Assembly (NCBI GenBank): GCA_964016885.1
Contig: OZ024741.1
Location: 339,326,001-339,390,000 of the forward strand
Origin: Eledone cirrhosa
Lineage: Eukaryota
Direction of reading: 5' to 3'
Length of the DNA stretch: 64,000 bases
Shown: positions 53,860 to 64,000 of the stretch, piece after piece
How positions within the stretch are numbered: position 1 is the stretch's first letter
How the letters are laid out: every line of letters starts with the position of its first letter
The notes under the pieces: generated by a model
What the model was told of the DNA's origin: nothing
Databases searched by the model: none
What the model saw: only the letters and a program-made list of their open reading frames with translations
Position numbers and translations under genes: made by a program

Positions 53860-54640
53860 CGTTAGGGTATAATGTGGGGCTGTAATACAGGAAAGTTTTG
53901 TGCAATTTATGTTTACAAGCCGAAATTGCTTCAGATTTTTTGTTTAAGATATGGTCTTTGGCGTAGAGTATTTCCAGGGCCTCAGCGGCGCAGAGCTCAC
54001 ATGGTCTTTTATTTCGTTATACGATCTAGCCCTAGCTAGGATCTCCCAGTGTAACTTATATTGGGTGTGGTTGTCTTTTAGATTCCAGATATAAGCTGAA
54101 AGTGACATCATATTCCTTCTTAGAGGGTTAAGAAAAGAATGGATATGCATGTAAAGACGCTGCTTGAATCTATTGGTGGTTAACCCTATGTAGACCCTAC
54201 GGGACGTGGGTGTTTCAACCTTACATTTGTAGACAATGTTACTAGAGAGGCATTTCCTGGATAGGGAGCAGTCAACCTGATTCCTACAATTACAGTTAGT
54301 ACTAGCTACAGGGTTGCACGTGTTCCTACAGCTAGGTAATTTAGCTAAATTTGAAGCTGTGATGTTATGTGCCAGGTTAGGAGTCGTAGAGTAAGAAATT
54401 TTAATGGTATTTCTATTAACAATTTTACTATATTTATGTGCTGGGGGGGGGGGGAGATGCTTCATAATAAGGGAGAGAAAGATCTTAGCTAATGCTGTGG
54501 CCACCTCCATATTATATGGGGGGTTATACCATATAATGCGTCGGGATCTATTTATTTTTCCTAGGTCTATTCTCGTACTCTGTATAAGCTACCTTATCGA
54601 CAAATCCACTCCAAGCAAGAGCTTCATTTTAATATGTAGA
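53860..54640 (-). mobile_element. Penelope-like element fragment: thumb/linker plus GIY-YIG endonuclease (Naiad-like), frameshifted
   Basis: RRIIWYNPPY, NRNTIKISYS, CNCRNQVDC, NIVYKC..VYIGLT..FKQR..H, then in a shifted frame CELCAAE..LNKKSE..ACKH. Confidence 0.85.
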
Positions 54641-54641
54641 A

Positions 54642-54802
54642 ACGAACCTAAGTATCGTCTTCCTGTCTTCCTTCGGTTGCAACGTTTTTTGAAATATTTA
54701 CTTCTGCGTTCACAGATTGATTTTTTTAGTTTCAGAAGATCCCGTTAAGGGTGAAAGCAGCGATTCTTTGCTTAAACTTTAATCTGTTATTTTAATAAAT
54801 AT
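54642..54802 (-). repeat. About 160-bp inverted repeat, right arm
   Basis: Reverse complement of 52337-52498. Confidence 0.9.
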
Positions 54803-54825
54803 TTGCTCTACGGTTCTTATATATT

Positions 54826-54880
<55 letters not shown>

Positions 54881-54884
<4 letters not shown>

Positions 54885-55078
54885 AAAATGTTTGACCCCG
54901 ACTGCAGAGCTCAAGCAGTTTCGACGGTTATTTCTGCGTTGAGAAATAGCCGCCAAAACGGCTTGAGCTCTGCCGTCGGGGTCAAACATTTTCCTATTTC
55001 CCACTCTACTACCCTAAGTATTGAGTACTCTGGTGCGTTATGGTCTGTCTGGTTCCTTACCACACCTCCTTCGTTATA
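54881..55078. mobile_element. Penelope-like pLTR remnant with ~55-bp-arm palindrome
   Basis: TAGGAAAATGTTTGACCCCGAC...GTCGGGGTCAAACATTTTCCTA; the remainder is the reverse complement of 51328-51415. Confidence 0.6.
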
Positions 55079-55179
55079 GTGGCAGTTTATAGCATGGGTA
55101 AAAGTTCAGGTGAATAAAGACATACCACAACTCTTTTCACAGATTGAGTGCTCTCCCAACTTTGGACATACTTTATCAA

Positions 55180-56950
<1,771 letters not shown>

Positions 56951-56959
56951 TTTTTTTAT

Positions 56960-57268
56960 CTGGGAGTGAAAGGCCCCCAGTTGTTATCACAACACTTTTC
57001 TAGGAGAGGGAATCTCTGAAAATAAAACCTGCGGCTTTGGAACCATCCGATGATGTTGACAATTTCTTTTCAAGTAGTATTTTTGATGCTCAGAGAGTGA
57101 CATTGGTCGAGTGCAAGTCCTTTCCCCACTTAAAAGACCTTCAAAGCACAGGCATTGCTTGTTCAGGATATGTTACAGGTTAGGGTGGCTGGCATAGCCT
57201 AAAAATGCACCAAACTCTATAATCTGACATGCGATTGCAATACTCTTAGCAGAGTTTGCAACCATCAT
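56960..57268 (+). mobile_element. Diverged relative of the short RTE-derived element
   Basis: CTAGGAGAGGGAATCTCTGA..CCATCCGATGATGTTGAC..GCACAGGCATTGCTT aligns with 46290-46455. Confidence 0.55.
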
Positions 57269-57333
57269 ATATATATGTGTATGTATGATTGTGTGTATGT
57301 TTGTGTGTATGTGTGTGTGTGTGTGTGTGTGTG

Positions 57334-57672
57334 TCATCATCATCGTCTCATTTTACGTCCGCTTTTTCCCTGCTTGCAAGGGTGGGACGAGAACTGATTC
57401 TGGCTTGATTTGATTTCTACAGCTGGATGCCCTTCCTAACACCAACCTCATTTACAGTGAGTGCTGGGTGCTTTTTTGCCATGGCACCTCCACGACCACT
57501 TTGCAGTGGAATGATAGGGACCCCAGTCCCTATCATCTCATTCCTACAGCTGAGTAAACTGGAACAATGTGAAATAAAGTGTCTTGCTCAAGGAAACAAC
57601 ACATCACCCAGTCTGAGAATTGAACTCACAACCACAAAGGCCAATGCTCTAACCACTAAGCCATGTGCCTCC
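57334..57672 (-). mobile_element. SINE family B
   Basis: Full head, body and RTE tail as at 22806-23187. Confidence 0.85.
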
Positions 57673-57674
57673 AA

Positions 57675-57723
<49 letters not shown>

Positions 57724-58297
57724 TAGTGTTCATGTATTTCCTTTTCCTTGTTAGTTCCTTCTCTCTCTCTGTTCCTATTTTGTGTGTATGAAAAATACTG
57801 AAATAATATTCACTGCTCACATCTATCCAGGTAAAGCTGCCCTCCTGTGAGGTTGTATCTCATTGGGGACTTCTTAGATGTTTTAGTGGCAGGGCCCTCA
57901 TTCCTACCATGAATTCATCTTGTCCGAAATGCCAAATTCTGTTACTTTTCTTTAATTCTCATTAATTTTGAATTATTTTGGTGACAGATATAAAACCTTT
58001 CTTCTTAATAATAAACAGATGTACAGGCATGGCTCTGTGGTTAAAGTATTTGGTCAATACAGAAGCCCCTCATATATATATATGTGTATATATGTGTGCG
58101 TGTCTATGTGTGTGTGTGTGTATATACATGTGTATCAATACATGTATGAGAATGTCTCTGTGTGTGTTTGTATATATTTATGCATGTGTATAAATACATG
58201 TACGAGTGTGTCTGTGTGTATATATACACACACAGAGACACACTCATATATTATGAAATACTGTTGGCTACTTGCTCACATTAATTTCTCTATTTTC

Positions 58298-58335
<38 letters not shown>

Positions 58336-58435
58336 AAATACATGTATGAGTGTATGTCTGTGTGTGTATATGTATAAATACATGTATGAGTGTATGTCTG
58401 TGTGTGTATATATATATATATATATTATATATATT

Positions 58436-59116
58436 ATACTAGCAGAATTGCCCGACGTTGCTCGGGATTTGCTCTAGGGTTCTTAATATATTTGATATAT
58501 ATTTATCCTTATGGAGCCTCGTGAAATAAATACGTTTGTTTATATTTTGTTATTGTGTATGCAAAAATATCTGTACTCGAATATATAATTATATATATAT
58601 ATATATATATATATTAAAATAACAGATTAAAGTTTAAGCAAAGAATCGTTGCTTTCGCCCTTAACGGGATCTTCTGAAACTAAAAACATCAATCTGTGAA
58701 CGCAGAAGTAAATATTTCGAAAAACGTTACACACTATATATATATACACACACTATATATGCATATATACACACACACATATATAACGTTACACACTATA
58801 TATATATACACACTATATATACATATATACACACACATATAACGTCATAATGTCGTAATGCAGACAGCCAGACATACAGACAGATATTATAAGGGCGCAA
58901 CGTTATATTTATGTATCTATCTAAAAAGAAAGACTAAGAATTATAGCGAGATCGCTAAATCGTCTAATGCGGTCCCTAGGGCATAGAAAATTTGAAATAT
59001 TTTTTGCTCAAAACACTCACAGGACCATAAATATTACATGTGTAAAGTTTGAAAACAATCGGTTGGGTGGTTCTCAAGATTTAGGGAGTCAGACAGACAG
59101 ACATTCTCTGTTTTAG

Positions 59117-59122
<6 letters not shown>
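58436..59122 (+). mobile_element. Non-autonomous Helitron/Helentron-associated (DINE-1/HINE-like) element
   Basis: Starts TACTAGC with a CCCGA-CGTTGC-TCGGG hairpin, has internal microsatellites, ends AAAGTTTGAAAACAATCGG...CAGACAGACAGAC then (TA)n. Confidence 0.55.
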
Positions 59123-59165
<43 letters not shown>

Positions 59166-59607
59166 ATTATATATATATATGAGTGTATGTCTGTGTCTAT
59201 TTGTGTCTATGTTTATGCCATGTAACTTGATTGTTTTACAAACAAAAAAAAAAGTGCCAGGGTCAATAGGCTCAACTAAAACAAGGCACTGCTCCAGCAT
59301 GGCCACTGTGTAATGACTAGTCAGTATAAAAATAAAATATAGAAACAAAAACAAAGCTATATATTGTGGATTATGTTGAGTATTGTTGTTGTTGTTATAG
59401 CAGTCTGTCTCCATTGATATAAACTCTTTGAGAAAAAGTTTCTATTTTTTGGCAGACTAAGCTTCATTAATGATTTAAGATAATATATAACATTATTTTC
59501 AACATTATTCAACAACTAATTCTACTTGACACAGTCCTTTGTCATGGCAATGAGGGAACCTTGACTGTTTCTCTCAATATACTTGAAGCAAAATGAAATG
59601 GAATGGT

Positions 59608-60090
59608 ACAGTTCACACCTATATAAGTTTAAATGGTTTCCTATGATATTATTTTATAGTTTTCAAGGGTGCTTTATGCTGTTATTACAGCATAAAGCAC
59701 CAAGTTTAAATGGTCTCCTATGACTTAGCATTTTATAGGAGTTTTCATGGGTACTTTAATAATAGGGCCCCTCACCTATCATGCTGTTGTTACAATTCCC
59801 ACCTATATAGGTTCAGCTGGACTCCTATAACATAGCATTTTATAGGAGTTTTTATGGGTGTTTTAATGATAGGGCCCTATTATCATGCTGTTGTTACAGT
59901 TCACACTTATATATGTTTATATGGACTCCTACAACATAGCATTTTATAGGAGTTTTCAAGAGTACTTTAATAAAAGGGCCCCTCTCCTATCGTGCTATTG
60001 TTACAGCACACACCTATATAGGTTTAGATAGTCTCCCATGAAGTTACATCTAATGGTAAATTTCATGGCTGTTTTAATGATAGGAGTTCC
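59608..60090. repeat. Degenerate ~100-bp tandem repeat (4-5 copies)
   Basis: CACCTATATAGGTTT..TGGACTCCTA..CATAGCATTTTATAGGAGTTTT..GGGCCC..ATGCTGTTGTTACA recurs. Confidence 0.75.
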
Positions 60091-60341
60091 AATCTTACAA
60101 AAAAAAAAAAAACCCAATAAAACATGAAAACATGAAATGAAGAGTCTTGCTGAAGAACACTGGTCCAGGAATTGAATCCAAGACCTTATAGTCTTGTGTC
60201 CAACACTCTAACCACTAGGCTCCACATCTTCACTAGGAATAACAGCCAAATCTCTTTCCAATTACATCCTGTTTCAAAAATGATAATCATTAGATCTGGC
60301 TTAGCACAAGTTTTATAGAATCCTTCTTGACAGTTATTATA

Positions 60342-60539
60342 CGAGGGTCATTTGAAAAGTTCATAGACTGACCAAGATACTCTCATGGAATGACCAAATG
60401 AGGTTAATTTTTCAACATAATCCCTGGAAAGAAACAATACAGCTATTAATAAGAAGAAATGAAATTAATGCATGCAAGATTTCACAGCACTAGCTTCACT
60501 CCTTCATAGTCAGCCTATGAACTTTTCAGCTGACTCTCG
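60342..60539. mobile_element. 198-bp mariner MITE with ~31-bp TIRs and TA target duplication
   Basis: TA-CGAGGGTCATTTGAAAAGTTCATAGACTGAC ... GTCAGCCTATGAACTTTTCAGCTGACTCTCG-TA; first ~80 bp match the mariner end at 2792-2875. Confidence 0.85.
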
Positions 60540-61579
60540 TACTTGTGTATCATTCATGGTGAAAATGTGTGGCCAAATGGTAAGACTCTCACTCAAAAGG
60601 TTGTATGTATGATTCCTGGACTGGGCAATGCATTATGTTCCTGAGCAAGATACTTCATTTCATGGAGCTTTTTTTTTAATATAAGACTGAGACCACTATC
60701 AATAAAACACCTGGAAAACCTCCTGCGAGATGCAGAGTTTAGGAGGTCAGCTAAACTTACTTAGGTGTAAGATGTAATACATATGTTACTGATGAAAACC
60801 TGGGTTTGGGTTTAAGGTCAGTGTGCAGCAACTATGGCAGGTGCAGCACACTGTAGACTCAAGTTGATCAATACATTGGGAGGGAGATTGGTAGGTAAAA
60901 ATTGTGCAGAAGTCTATAACACACGCACGTATCTGTGTTTATGTTTGTTTATGACTTTTAACTTAGCAGTTTCACAGAGATCGATAAAATCAGTACATGA
61001 TTTGAAAAAAAACACAAGCATTGGGGTCGATATGATTGACTAAATCCCTGAAAGGCAGGTGCCCAAGCATAGCTGCTGTCTAATGACTGAAAGTAGGAAC
61101 AAAGAATGTGTGTATGCATATATATATATATATATATATGCACACACACATTCTTATACACACACAAAAACAACATTACACACACATTCTTACACACACA
61201 CACAAAAAACAACATTACACACACATAGATGAGGGTTCTGTAGTGCTTTGCCTGAAAGTGAAAGAAACTGGCTTGCTCATTGATAGTTAGTTTCAGTTAA
61301 AGGAAACTGGCAAAAGTCCAACACTCTGAAGTCATTTACTCTCTTTCACTCATCTCATCTCTCTCATCTATCCCCCCTCTCTCTCACTCACCTCCTCCTC
61401 ACCCTCTCTCTCCCACCCACTTCCTCATCTCACCCACCCTCTCTCTCACCACTCTTACCTTCTCCCCCCAACCTCACTCTCTCTCCTTATCTCTAGCTAT
61501 TGAATAATTCCTCGGCCATTCCATTTGACCAGATAGCTTAGTGGAATGTCCAGCGTTAAACACACCTCAAGAGACTCGC

Positions 61580-62329
61580 CAACAACAACACAAACGACAT
61601 CGACAACAAAAACGACATCAACAACAACAACAACAGCAGTAGCAACAACAAACGACAACATCAACAACAAAAACGACATCATCATCATCAACAACAGCAG
61701 CAGCAAGAACATAAAAACAAGAACAATGACAATAAAAAGGACAGCTATGAAAATGACCATAACAACAACACAAAGTGACCATGACAACTATAACGAAATC
61801 AACAACAAATGACATAAAAAAACTAAAAGGAAACACATACACACACATACACACACATAGATACACACATACACATATACACATACATATACATACATAC
61901 ACACACATATACACACACACACATATACACACACATACATATACACACACACACACACAGACAGACGCATACACACATAGACACATATACAAACACACAC
62001 ATACACACATATATACATCCACATATCCACACACTCACACACACACACATCCACACACACACACACATAGATACACAGACACACACACAGATACATACAC
62101 ACACACATCCACACAAAACCCTCTGAACTTTGTCTGTAGATCTGAAGAACCAATAAATAAATAAATACAAGAGATAAAGAAGAAGGATGATAAAACTGAA
62201 TAAATCATGAGAAAGGGGTGAGGTGGGGGAGGGGGATTAGCAGATACCCCCACCCAAACACCCCACATATCATTTTTTTTTTTTGGCTTTTTTGTATTTG
62301 CTACATTTTCCCCCTTTTTTCCTTTTTTT

Positions 62330-62373
<44 letters not shown>

Positions 62374-62399
62374 ACACATATATGTACACACACACACAC

Positions 62400-62440
<41 letters not shown>

Positions 62441-62480
62441 TACACACACACTCATGTATATATATATATATATATATATT

Positions 62481-62513
<33 letters not shown>

Positions 62514-62541
62514 TTGTACTATACACACACACACACATGTG

Positions 62542-62573
<32 letters not shown>

Positions 62574-62602
62574 TGTGTATATATATATATATATACACAC
62601 AC

Positions 62603-62645
<43 letters not shown>

Positions 62646-62670
62646 AGTGTGTGTATATATATATATATTA
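61580..62670. repeat. (ACA)n-like, (CA)n and (TA)n low-complexity tracts
   Basis: Directly visible. Confidence 0.8.
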
Positions 62671-63089
62671 TTAGTACTATTTTTACAAAGAGATAAGGTA
62701 GCTGGAGGAGAGGGGTTTTAGGACTAGCGGTGTGGGGGGGAGGGGTTGTAAGTGTTGTATGAGTGGGGAAGGTGTTGAAGGAATGGTGGTGGATGTGGGG
62801 CAGGTGTGTGCAGATATTTGGCAGAGTGCTGTACTGGACTAAATGTCTTTTTTATGATATTTATTTAGTTTGATCAAAGAAGTGGCCAGTGGCTGATTAG
62901 AGAAGCAGTAGAGCTTCAGATCAAACTGTTGGTACAGTTATTTCAACTCAAGGTCTTTTACTCCTTTACATCTTGATCTGGGTTCAAATCCTGCTGAGGA
63001 TAGTTGATCGGGGGGTGGGTGGGTGGGGGGAGATGATGTGGGGTTAGAATGGCTTTGATCATAGAGTTGCACAGTCAGAGCTGACTTCA

Positions 63090-63345
63090 ACTTACACAAC
63101 TACAACAACAACAATGGCAACAACAAATACAAGTTACAATGACAACAACTATGACTACAACAATAACTACAACAGCAATGACTACAACAATAACTACAAC
63201 AATGACTACAACTACAAATACAACTATAACAACAACGACAACTATCATTATGACTACAATGACCACAACAACGACAACTATCATTATGACTACAATGACC
63301 ACAACAACAACAACAACTATGGCAGCAACAACAATAACTATAAAA
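63090..63345. repeat. (ACA/ACT)n low-complexity tract
   Basis: Directly visible. Confidence 0.8.
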
Positions 63346-64000
63346 ATAATTGTTAGTCATGTACCTATGTAGAATTTTTTTCTTTTTGTATATTTATATA
63401 ATTTTAGCCTGTGGGAATGGGAGAAAAAGTTCTCAATACAGGAGGTAAGATATCAGTAACTTCAGTCTAAATGTTTCCACATACTAAAGCTGTTATTTTG
63501 TCAGTCATTTTGGATTAAAAACAAAAATACAAACACATACTCATAGATGCTTGCTTGTCTGTGGTTGTCTACCAAATTTGGTGATTATCACTTTCAATTG
63601 TGGATCCTTTGGTAACTGTGAACCACCTATTGTTGATATGTAGTTTTTAATACAGGCAGAACATATAACTATGTTAGAGAGGCTAGCTGTTAATCCAGGT
63701 GGATGACTGCTTTCTTGCTTCTCTTGGTGGTATTGTGATATGTCTTCAATTCTCTTCCAACAATGAGAATACCAAAATGAATGATTGCTAGTGATGTCTT
63801 TCACTCTTCTTCAAAGTGGTTTTCATCTGGTCTTGGAACTGCTACAGACACACACATGTGCATGCACACACACATATATGCATAAGCACACACACATATA
63901 TGCATAAGCACATACACATACATACACACACCTGTATGTGTATTTTTATTGTTTGTTCTTTTTTTTCCATATAAAGCTCATTCACTATAAACACTTGGTG

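Overview
Eukaryotic, very repeat-rich, mostly non-coding DNA. The dense (TA)n/(TATG)n/(GAT)n microsatellites, RTE-type LINEs and tRNA-derived SINEs suggest a cephalopod such as Octopus (inference, not verified). No prokaryotic operon, CRISPR array, rRNA or tRNA gene is present, and most listed ORFs are microsatellite artefacts. Tandem arrays: a 13-kb 15-bp minisatellite with nested higher-order duplications, a 2-kb 9-bp minisatellite, and a 42-bp repeat that is the best candidate host exon (minus strand). Retroelements: a young 5'-truncated RTE-X-like LINE with a PHD-type finger and many 3' tails, two SINE families, two CRE-like RLE remnants, a Naiad-like Penelope GIY-YIG fragment, Penelope pLTR palindromes with hammerhead-ribozyme motifs, a twin-primed RTE copy, and Tx1- and Vingi-like 3' ends. 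DNA elements: a mariner remnant and its MITE, piggyBac-type MITEs and a DINE-1/HINE-like element. The most unusual structures are a nested inverted-repeat composite at 51.3-55.1 kb carrying two different endonuclease fragments, and a T-shaped fold-back at 24.09-24.33 kb. Family calls come from motifs recognised by eye; no database search was run and boundaries are approximate.
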